From contig NIVC01003079.1 in NCBI GenBank assembly GCA_002269645.1, positions 1 to 64,000 on the forward strand: 64,000 nt of DNA, in the 5' to 3' direction. Shown here one piece after another: positions 42,026-53,079 of this stretch (positions are counted from its first letter, which is position 1; every line of letters starts with the position of its first letter). The notes below the pieces were generated by a model, which was not told where the DNA came from, searched no databases, and was given only the letters and a program-made list of their open reading frames with translations. Source of the DNA: Macrostomum lignano. Taxonomy: Eukaryota. Made by a program: the position numbers and the translations under genes.

Positions 42026-45000
42026 TCACACCAGCTGCCAGTCACCATCGCTTTCTGAGTCGCTGCTGTCGCTACTGATGCTGCTACCAGATTCCAAGCT
42101 GGCTTCATCATCAGAGCCTCCTGGCATCAGAGTTTCCTGGCCCTGCAACGATTTGTGCATGAATGCCGTTTAAGATACACGAATGCAACAACTGACAATA
42201 AAAAGCATTCTCATCATACTTTACTTGCAGTAAAGATAGCAGAATATTGCATGCATTATTTTAAAAAATAATGAACTTTTATAAGATACTTTAACTCTAC
42301 TGAAAGTAGAAATATAGGAAAGTACGAAATCATTTAAAAACACTCAGATAATAGAAATAATAATTCTTAGTTAGTCACGACACAACGGGCGATTGGAGCG
42401 TTTGTCATAACTTTCAGACACGACCTCCAATAGAAACGCCCCAATGGAGACGAAAACCAACGCAAAGAACGTCAAACATGCAAGTGCAAAAGTAGGATTC
42501 TCTTTCTCTCTCACCACAAGCCGGTACAGTCGGCCGCTGCCATCGGCCACCGCAATTCCCTGCACGCCGATGCTGACTGAGAGCACGTGGCGACCGTGAC
42601 AGCCGATGGGGCGCCACAGGCCGGCAGTCGAGGCGGTGGCGGCGGCAGCAGAGTCAGTTAAAGAAGCGTCGGCGGCGAACACGCGGCCGCTCGTGCCGCA
42701 GCAGGCGACGGCGAGGTCGCCAGAGATCGCCAGATCGACGATAGTTCGGGGTGCAGCTGTTGCAGCGGGTTCGGCGCCGCCGCCTACCGGCACTGGGCGC
42801 CAGGCGCCAGCGCTTACGTCAGAGCCGCCGGGCAGCCAGGTGTGCGCCTGGCCCCTGGCGTCGGTGGCCCACAGCCGGTCAGAGGCTGGGCAGCCGGCCA
42901 GGCGTCGGAGTCGGAGGCCGGGCGGGCCGCGCAGGCGTCGCCAACCGGCATCGTCGCCCTCGAGCAGGCGGAAATCCGGCGCGACCGGCTCGGCGATGCT
43001 CCAGACCTCGCCGATGGCGTCGGCCAGGCAGAGTCGACCACGTCGGCAGGCGATGCTGAGCCAGGCGGGCCGGCTGGAGCTGGGCCGCTGCTGGTAGGGG
43101 CCCGGGTTCAGCTGGTAGCTGCGCCAGCCGCTGCTGCCCTCCCCGAGCGGATTGGCGCTGCACAGGCCTGGGGAGCAGCGGGGGTTTCTGCTTTGCACAG
43201 GAACCTGCTAGTTGGGATAACTGTTTCATGACAAGTACTCAAAATTGGGGTCGACAAACTTTTGTTACCTCAAGGGCCGGATGGAGAATCCAGTGCATGA
43301 CAGTGGGCCAGTGGAGGGGAGAGAAGAGATGCTCAGTGAAAAAAGAGGAGAGGAGAGACGAGAGAGGAGAGGAGAGGAGAGGAGAGGAGAGGAAATTCCT
43401 TGAGAGAATAGAGCTGAAAAGGGACACAAACTTTAAACGGGCTAGATTTTTTTGGTGAAGTTTCAAAGGACCCGAAGGCCGGATACAGAGGCTTCGCGGT
43501 CCGGAGTTCGCCGACCCCTGTACTAAAATGACGCAAAGTTTAAAACAGTTCATACAGACGTAAACTGGAATGGGGATTGTAAAATGCACTTGAAAAGAAT
43601 TTCAATCACCTTTCCTGTTCTATTACTCATGGACTGTGAAAAAAGGGGTTTGGCTTGGCTTGAATGCAACTTTCTTGGCAATTTTAGCTTCCACATTCGG
43701 AGACCGAGTCTGATTGCCCAGGTGTGGCCGAAGGCTCTTGTTGTGCGCTTGGCAGGGGTCTAGCGATAGCATAGCAGTGGAGAACGGAAGGGCGAGGACC
43801 TCAGGGGGGGGGAGAGAAGACTGCAGCTGGACTCACCGAGCCTGCCGTACAGCAGGCCGCTGGAGCGCAGCACCCAGACGGAGTCAACGCCGCAGCAGAG
43901 GCCAACAACAAAGTCGGACGCATCGGCAGCCTCGGGCAGCCGCAGGCGCTGCCAGTCGGCCTCGCCCGGCCCGATGCTGGCCAGCCAGTGCGCCGCGGCG
44001 GTGGCGTAGGCGGGCACCGCCCAGATCCGGCCGGCCGGCCCGGCCGCCAGGAGGCGCCAGGCCGAGAAGGCGGACGAGGCGGTGGCCGGAGCCGCGGGCC
44101 GCCAGGTGTAGGCGCTCAGCGGGCCGGGTGGGCAGCGCAGCAACAGGCGCCGCTGCGGACAGTGCAGCCACAGGCCGGCGGCCCGGGAGGCGGCCAGCAG
44201 GCGCGGAGGCCCGCCGCTGCGGCCATCGGTGGAGTCCGCAGAGAACAGGCGCGGCACCCAGGTTTCCGACCATCCAGCCGGCGATTCTGACGGGCTGTTC
44301 GACGTCAGATGAAGGCCGCTCCAGCTCAGCAGGCAGGCGCCCCGGCCAAGTGCCCAGAGTCGTCCGCCCGCCACAGCCAGACTGCGAACCCGGACACCCA
44401 GCCGAAGTGGCCGCCAGTGTCCGGGGTTGGCAAGCGGCGCCGCCCAGACGCCGCCATCCTGGCTGGCGGCCAGCAGTCGGCCGAAGCCCTCGCAGACCTC
44501 GGCGAGCCGGAACGGACAGCGGACGAGCTGCGCCGGCAGCTGATTGTCGGCTAGCGACACCAGGATGACGATAAGCTCGCCGGCGTCGCTGTCGGCTTCC
44601 TCGGCCGAGCCAATCAGCTGGGCGACTCCGCAGAGGGCCCGACTGGACGCGCGGATGCTGATCACGCGCACAGCGCCGGCGCTCAGGCCGGGCAGTTGGC
44701 GCCAGGCGCCGCCGCAGCCAGGGCCTGACCAGGTGACAATGCCGCTGCGCAGGCGGAACAGCCAGCGCCGACCAGCTGCCTGAATCTGGCCGGCGTCCAG
44801 GTGTGGCTGGGCGCACCAGCGGGCCAGCGGCGAGTGCTCGTCGTTCGCTTGTCGGAAATTCTGTTGACGGCGGCGGCGTCGACGGGGCAGCCCGGCTGTG
44901 AAAGCGCGCCCCGACCGGGTGCAGCAGTAGAGCGAGCCGCCGTCGGAGCACAGGCTGCCCAGCTGGCCGGTCCATGCCGTGTCGACGGCGTCATCTGTAG

Positions 45001-48000
45001 CCGGCGGGGTCGGCTCGACAATCCAGCGAGAGACGCCGAGTAGCGACTCAGCGATGCCGCTCAGCGCAGGGCGCAGCTCCGTGAGTTGAAGCTTATTTGG
45101 CACGGTGGAGCCTTCAAGTTGGGGAATTTCCACTACTGATTGTCCATTTGCAGCGGCTAAGTGTTGGCGGTCGCCACTCATTAGCTCTTCTTCAGGAATG
45201 GTTTCTGCATGCTGGGTGTCTTCATGCCGTTTGTCCTCAGTCTGGGTGTCTTCATGCCGTTTGTCCTCATTCTGGGTGTCTTCATGCCGTTTGTCCTCAT
45301 GCCGTTTGTCCTCATTCTGGGTGTCTTCATGCCGTTTGTCCTCATGCTGTTTGTCCTCATGCTGTCTGTCCTCATGCTGTTTGTCCTCATGCCGTTTGTC
45401 CTCATTCTGGGTGTCTTCATGCCGTTTGTCCTCATTCTGGGTGTCTTCATGCCGTTTGTCCTCATTCTGGGTGTCTTCATGCCGTTTGTCCTCATTCTGG
45501 GTGTCTTCATGCCGTTTGTCCTCATTCTGGGTGTCTTCATGCCGTTTGTCCTCAGTCTGGGTGTCTTCATGCCGTTTGTCCTCAGTCTGGGTGTCTTCAT
45601 GCCATTTATCCTCAGTCTGGGTGTCTTCATGCCGTTTGTCCTCATTCTGGGTGTCTTCATGCCGTTTGTCCTCAGTCTGGGTGTCTTCATGCCATTTATC
45701 CTCATGCTGGGTGTCTTCATGCCATTTATCCTCAGTCTGGGTGTCTTCATGCCGTTTGTCCTCATTCTGGGTGTCTTCATGCCGTTTGTCCTCAGTCTGG
45801 GTGTCTTCATGCCGTTTATCCTCATTCTGGGTGTCTTCATGCCGTTTGTCCTCAGTCTGGGTGTCTTCATGCCGTTTGTCCTCATTCTGGGTGTCTTCAT
45901 GCCATTTATCCTCAGTCTGGGTGTCTTCATGCCGTTTGTCCTCATTCTGGGTGTCTTCATGCCGTTTGTCCTCATTCTGGGTGTCCTGATTCTGTTTATC
46001 CTCATGCTGTCTGTCCTCATGCTGTTTGTCCTCATGCTGTCTGTCCTCATGCTGTTTGTCCTCATGCTGTTTGTCCTCATGCTGTTTGTCCTCATGCTGT
46101 TTGTCCTCATGCTGTCTGTCCTCATGCTGTTTGTCCTCATGCTGTTTGTCCTCATGCTGTTTGTCCTCATGCTGTTTGTCCTCATGCTGTTTGTCCTCAT
46201 GCTGTTGGTCCTCATGCTGTTTGTCCTCATGCTGTTTGTCCTCATGCTGTTTGTCCTCATGCTGTTTGTCCTCATGCTGTTGGTCCTCATGCTGTTTGTC
46301 CTCATGCTGTTTGTCCTCATGCTGTTTGTCCTCATGCTGTTTGTCCTCATGCTGTTTGTCCTCATGCTGTTTGTCCTCATGCTGTTTGTCCTCATGCTGT
46401 TTGTCCTCATGCTGTTTGTCCTCATGCTGTTTGTCCTCATGCTGTTTGTCCTCATGCTGTTTGTCCTCATGCTGTTTGTCCTCATGCTTTTTGTCTTCAT
46501 ACTGAGCCTCTCCATTCTGTGATTCAGTCAGCCGATCATTGGGGTTCAGCAGAGCGCCAGCATCTTGCAGGTGAGTCGGTTGTAAAACCGCAGCTTCAAT
46601 CAACTTCTCATCCGATTGGGAGTGGAAGGCTCTGACACCGACTTGAGTTAACTTGGGCGGCAACTTCGGCAGAGGCGGCCGCGGCGGGGCCTGCCGACGG
46701 TAGGCGCCATCGCAGTCGGCTGACACCATCTTCGTCTGGGAGGTGCCAGCGCCGCGACTGCCGCTGCCGTTGCGTTTCGGGACAGCCCGGAGAACTCGCT
46801 TGACCAAGACGACGTCGTCATCGTCTGGAGCGGCCGAGTCGGACACGAAGGCGAACGGGTCCGCGTCTGCAGCCTGTCTGACAGTCTGACAGCCAGCCTG
46901 ACTACCATTGACCACTGGCGGCGGCTTTTTGCTGCTTTTAGCGACTGTTGAAAGCGATGTTGGAGCTTTGACTGCTCCTTTGCCGGCTCCAGTGCTTTTG
47001 TCTGCTGCTTCGCCATCCACTGACGTATTGGAAGACAGCAGACTGGTGGGCTGAGGAAGAAGAAAAAACCCATGGACAATGCCACAGCCAAAGCCAAGAG
47101 TTTCAAGCCTACCAGGCCAACTCACCAGCTTCAACACGTTGTCGAATAGCGACAAGAGGCCGCTGCCGTTGCCGCTGCCGGTCGCCTCTGGTGGTGGCCG
47201 CTGATCCGGCGGCAGCGGCGCCGTCGCCAGTCGAACAATCGGCGGCTTGGCACCCTCGCGCAGGACGAGAATCTCCGCCACGCCGGCGCCGTCCGCCAGC
47301 GCCTCCGTGGTCGTCACCGTCAGGATCCGGCCGAGCAGGTCGGTGGCGCCGGCCACGACTCCGTTGGCCGGGTCCAGCACGCACAGGCCCGCGTCCGGCC
47401 CCCAGACGACGGCAAGAGAGGCCGGTTCAGTCTCCGTGGTCAGGGCGGCGACCTTCTCGAAGACTGCGGCGGCGGCTTCGTTGGCTCGGCTCGACTCCGA
47501 CTTCGGCTGGCGACGACACCTGGCCGGGCTGATCAGCGGGATCGGCCGCGAGCGGAGGGCGTCGGCGCCGCCAAGGTGGAGTGTGTGCCGCACCCGGCCG
47601 CAGGCGTCTGCCAGCCACAGGCGGCGCCGGGGTCTCATGGCCAGCAGGTCCGGCTGCGCCACCGAGAGGGCCGGCGGCGGCAGGAAGCAGGCGCCAAGTC
47701 CAACGGTTTGGTGCGCCTGCAGGAGTTCAAAGGCGGAAGGAGGAGCGGCTTGAAGGCTGAGACATGCACACGCAGATGATAAACTGAGATATGGGAAGCT
47801 CATGGGTTAAGATGAGTAGATTTGGACTCAGATAAGTCGATTTCAATTCAAATGTGAGTAGTTTCGGACTCATAAATGAGTAGATTCGGACTCAGATGTG
47901 AATATATTTAGACTCAGATTTGAGTAGATTTGGACTCAGATATGAGTAGAGTTTGACTCAGATATGAGTAGATTTGGACTCAGATATGAGTAGAGTTTGA

Positions 48001-50162
48001 CTCAGATATGAGTAGATTCAAACTCAGATGAGTAGATTCGGATTCAGATACGAGTAGATTTTGACTCAGATATGAGTAGATTCGGACTCAGATATGAGTA
48101 GATTTTGACTCAGATAAGAGTAGATTCGGACTCAGATGAGTAGATTGGACTCAGATGAGTATAGATTTGGACTCAGATATTCAAATATGAGTAGATTCGG
48201 ACTCAGATATGAGTAGATTCGGATTCAGATACGAGTAGATTTTGACTCAGATATGAGTAGATTCGGACTCAGATACGAGTAGATTTTGACTCAGATATGA
48301 GTAGATTCGGACTCAGATACGAGTAGATTTTGACTCAGATATGAGTAGATTCGGACTCAGATGAGTAGATTGGACTCAGATGAGTATAGATTTGAACTCA
48401 GATATTCAAATATGAGTAGATTCGGACTCAGATATGAGTAGATTCGGATTCAGATACGAGTAGATTTTGACTCAGATATGAGTAGATTCGGACTCAGATA
48501 CGAGTAGATTTTGACTCAGATATGAGTAGATTCGGACTCAGATACGAGTAGATTTTGACTCAGATATGAGTAGATTCGGACTCAGATACGAGTAGATTTT
48601 GACTCAGATATGAGTAGATTCGGACTCAGATACGAGTAGATTTTGACTCAGATATGAGTAGATTCGGACTCAGATACAGTGTATGAGTAGCTTTGGACTC
48701 AGATATGAGTAGATTCGGACTCAGATACAGTGTATGAGTAGCTTTGGACTCAGATATGAGTAGATTCGGATTCAGATATGAGTAGATTCGGACTCAGATA
48801 CAGTGTATGAGTAGCTTTGGACTCAGATATGAGTAGATTCGGACTCAGATATGAGTAGATTCGGACTCAGATACAGTGTATGAGTAGATTCGGACTCAGA
48901 TATGAGTAGATTCGGACTCAGATACAGTGTATGAGTAGCTTTGGACTCAGATATGAGTAGATTCGGACTCAGATATGAGTAGATTCGGACTCAGATACAG
49001 TGTATGAGTAGATTCGGACTCAGATATGAGTAGATTCGGACTCAGATACAGTGTATGAGTAGCTTTGGACTCAGATATGAGTAGATTCGGACTCAGATAT
49101 GAGTAGATTCGGACTCAGATACAGTGTATGAGTAGATTCGGACTCAGATATGAGTAGATTCGGACTCAGATACAGTGTATGAGTAGCTTTGGACTCAGAT
49201 ATGAGTAGATTCGGACTCAGATATGAGTAGATTCGGACTCAGATACAGTGTATGAGTAGATTCGGACTCAGATATGAGTAGATTCGGACTCAGATACAGT
49301 GTATGAGTAGCTTTGGATTCAGATATGAGTAGATTCGGATTCAGATATGAGTAGATTCGGACTCAGATATGAGTAGCTTTGGACTCAGATATGAGTAGGC
49401 GCTAGCATGCGTTACGGGTATACTGCATGTAGATATACTCACTGCTCGCTGCCGGGAGCCCACAAGCCAGACGCAGGCGGCGTCCTCAGTGTAGACTGCG
49501 GCGCCGAGGCGGGTGGCCACGAGCAGGCGGCCCCGCCGGTGGTCCAGCTGGACCACGGGGCTCAGCTCCTCCAGGAACACCGCGCTGAGGCACTCGCAGC
49601 CGCCAACTTCGCCGTCAAATTGCAGCACAGTCCGAGACACGGTGCCGCCGGCGTCGCCAAAGTAGACGCTGCCGCAGTCGTCGGCAACAACAGCGGCCGT
49701 GACGGCGGCGCGGTGACCTGCAGCGGCGGCAGCTGCGGCGCCTGCAGCTTCGGGCTGCTGCTGTTGCTGCTGCTGCGGCTCAAGCCAAAAGGCCAGACGA
49801 CGACAAGCGCCGTCGCAGCCGGCGCCGCAGCTGTCGCAGAGGCCGGCGGCGGCGGCCGCGCCAACTGGCGACGACGACTCCGTCAGGATGACGGCGCTGG
49901 CGTCATCAAAGCCAGCCGCCATGACGGTTGCCCGCATCGCGGCGGCGCTGCATCGGGACGGCGCAGACGCCACCGGTGTCGCCTTGGCGTCGACATCGCG
50001 CCGGTCGATGAGGAACGCGACGCCGGCTTCGGTGCCGAGGAGGAGGCGGTCGCCGGTGGCCGCCATCGCGGTGAGCCGAAAGTGGCCGGGCAGCCGGCGG
50101 AGCAGGTGGCCCAGCGAGTCGGTCTCCCGGTAGGCCGACGCCTGCGGACGCTGCGGCTGCAT
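42026..50162 (-). CDS. TECPR2: Tectonin beta-propeller repeat-containing protein 2 orthologue, ~1790 aa, 4 coding exons
   Basis: Exons 50162 (or 50210)-49443, 47716-43837, 43167-42515, 42142-42026; GT-AG and phase consistent. N-terminal WD40 segment ELSPVVQLDHRRGRLLVAT...GSRQR|A...GLGACF...MRPRRRLWLADACGRV aligns by eye with TECPR2/HPS5. TECPR-like repeats in the C-terminal half. Ends with an acidic LIR-like SDGDWQLV*, as TECPR2 does. Confidence 0.88.
43245..43520 (-). mobile_element. hAT-like MITE (short copy)
   Basis: Termini GGGGTCGACAAACT / AGTTCGCCGACCCCTG. Short GA-rich interior. Homologous to 50528-51306. Confidence 0.65.
45205..46500 (-). repeat. Coding minisatellite inside TECPR2 exon 2: 15-bp (EDKQH) and 30-bp (EDTQNEDKRH) units, ~430 codons
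   Basis: Lies within the uninterrupted ORF 43760-47803; all unit lengths are multiples of 3. Confidence 0.93.
47815..49400. repeat. 22-bp minisatellite (GACTCAGATATGAGTAGATTCG) with 28-bp variants, filling TECPR2 intron 1
   Basis: Tandem periodicity with higher-order blocks from ~48660. Confidence 0.96.
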
Positions 50163-50527
50163 GACGGGCTGAAAACGGCTGACAAAGCCGGCCTTTAAAA
50201 GTTTGTACATGCACTATTTATTGGCGAACGTAGCTAGCAGCTAATTGATCGGAAACATCAATTACTTATTGCATGTAAGCGAGATTGTATATGTGCATGT
50301 TAGAATACACATGAGCAGTACATCTTTCGTTTGAATCAATGCGTTTCTACATTAGCCAGGGGGTGATCAATCAGACATGGTTCAGGATAAGGAACATTGG
50401 GACACGACACCATCAGAAGGTTTAACAAATACTTATACACAAACAAATACACTGATACTCGGTGCCGCGAATTCCTTTAATCAGTTCTTTAGTTCATCTG
50501 CCCTCCGTCCTCTCCCTCTGTCTAGTT

Positions 50528-51306
50528 CAGGGATCGGCGAACTCCGGCTCCGGTGTATCCGGCCCTCGGGGCCCTTTCAAACTTCACAATAGCAATCCGG
50601 CCCGCTCAATGTGTGTCGCCTCTCAGCTCTCTTTTCTCCTCTCTCATCTCTTCCCACATCTCCACTCTCCTCTCTTTTCTCTCCCACTCTCCTCTCTCCC
50701 TCCTCTCCACTTTCTTCTCTCATCTCCACTCTCTCCTCTATCATCGCCCCTCTTCTCTCTTCCCCTTCTCTCCATCTCCTCTCTCTCCCTCATGTTCACT
50801 CTCCTTTCTCCTCTTATCACCACTCTTCTGTCTTTCCCCCTCTCCCCCCATCTTCACTCTCCTCTCTTCCCTCATCTCCACTCTCCTCTCTGCCCTTATC
50901 TCCACTCTCCTCTCTTCCCTCATCTCCACTCTCCTCTCTGCCCTTATCTCCACTCTCCTCTCTTCCCTCATCTCCACTCTCCTCTCTGCCCTTATCTCCA
51001 CTCTCCTCTCTTCCCTCATCTCCACTCTCCTCTCTGCCCTTATCTCCACTCTCCTCTCTTCCCTCATCTCCACTCTCTCCTCTTTCCTTTCTTCCCTCAT
51101 CTCCACTCTCTCCTCTCTCATCGCCCCTCTCGTCTCTCTTCCCCTTCCTCTCTCCCCTTAGGTCCACTCTCCTCTCATTGCTAATCTTTTCTCTCCTCTC
51201 CCCTCTCCTAGCTCTCATCTGTCCTCTCTCCATTCTCTGGCCCGCAGTCGCTAGATTCTATGCTTTATCTAGCCCTCAAGTTAAAAAAATTCTCGCCGAT
51301 TTCTTG
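50528..51306 (+). mobile_element. hAT-like MITE (long copy) with expanded CT-rich interior
   Basis: Begins CAGGGATCGGCGAACTCCGG...GTATCCGGCC...TTTCAAACTTCAC, matching the 43.5 kb copy. Degenerate right end TCTCGCCGATTTCTTG. ~620-bp pyrimidine-rich tandem interior. Confidence 0.6.
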
Positions 51307-53079
51307 CAATCTAGTTCAATCTAGTTTGTCTTATCTCTCTCTCTCGCTGCCTTCTGATTGGCTCTTCAAGCTTGCCTCAGTCGCCTACTCCACCCCTCCT
51401 TTCCAAGTGCAAAATCATGGTCAGCTATAAAAAAGCACGATTGTCTCGCAGGAATTTGTCTATGGTAAAATCCAAATTACAGTTTGAGCGGATTGCGCTA
51501 AATCAAATACCAGTAATTTGTAACTAAATTGAAAGCACACTAAAATAAAAACCAAACATTCGCATTGATCATTTTTCAGCATTTAAAGATGTCTCTCTCC
51601 TTTCAAATCTTTGCAGTTGAAAGACCGAATAGTAAGTTAGTCAGTGCCTTTAAATTTCACACACCTGCACACACACGGTTCTGATAGTTCTACTAAATCA
51701 GAAAATCAGGATGTAAATCAAATATCAATCAATCAATCAATCAATCAATCAATGATTTCCAAATCGAATTACTCGCGAGAAAGCATCAATAGATTTAATA
51801 GATTAAGTAGACATAGAAAAACCAACTGCCCGGCGCTGTTAAAAGCACACCAATTCTCATTCTCCATCTGGCAGTGTATATTTTGCTGTAGATTTGGCTT
51901 GCATACTGCAAGTAGTATATCGATATTGGAGTAGACAAAAACACAGTTTCGCTTGTCTCTATTTTATATGCTATAATAAAGAGATAGACAGATTAAGGAC
52001 AGACAGACAGAGAGGAAAAATGCGTGCCCAAAGTCAACGCGCAGCCAATATACTCGTAGGTATATATAAGTGGAATTGTTGTTTAACAGTTTGCTTGTAA
52101 AAAAATTAAGGAAAGAAATAATGAAGATATTATGTAGGCTATATAATATGTATAAATCAGTGTACAGTCTGTTGGATAGGTTATGGCTTTAGCGCAGATC
52201 GCACAAAATGTATAGAATGTAAGCCACGTTATGATAGAATAATATTTTTAATAACACGAGTAAGATTGTGAGAAGAATTAGTTACTGTATTATTTCAATT
52301 ATTAGTTATTTAGTAAATTATATAAAAAAGGAAGAAGCAGGACAAGACAAAAGCAGGATTGTCCGTGATAAATAAATAATTAACAATAGTAACAATAATC
52401 ATAATTAATAATAATAATAATAACAACAATTCAATATAAATACAATAAAACATTCAGCTGTAGGCTATTAATAGACATTGATGATGACGCAACAGATATA
52501 AATAGAAAAAACTTGCTGGATTTTTAACTAATTATGAATATAATCTTGTGCCAGAGTCGATAGCACCCGGAGGGTCTCCTGTTCTGAGTGCACTTTATAT
52601 CAATGCACACGATATTATTATTTAGTATGTACTAGTATGTTCTCTTTCAGTTAAAGAATGGTCAAAATTGTATAGAATTATTTTTTCAATTGTAAAATAT
52701 ACTGAAACAAAGGAAACAAAAGCACAAAACAGAAAAGGGAACAAGAAAAAATGACAAACACAACAAAAACAGGAATGAGACCATTGATTTACATATTCTT
52801 GTAGAAACACAGTTTTGCTTTTTTACACTAAATAACTCATGAAACGCCCCAATAATGAGATTAATTGTATTTTAAGAAGCCCCATTACAGCTCTGCGCTT
52901 TACAAAAACTTTTTTTAGTTTTTTTTATTCCTGCCCAAAAGCATAATAGGACAACAATGTCCAATCTAAACTACTTACAAAAGCTTTAAGTAGCAGGAAA
53001 AGACATTATTTATTTTAGCGTCTTTAAACCTAGCTTCTCCAACAATTTAAGGCCTTAAAAAATGAACACACAGATTAGG

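Noticed and set aside
42414-47779. Many long GC-rich ORFs on the + strand and in alternative frames over TECPR2, and similar ones over the CUB, RPL7A and zinc-finger exons
   Set aside because: Shadow ORFs of GC-rich coding sequence; low-complexity Arg/Pro/Ala translations.
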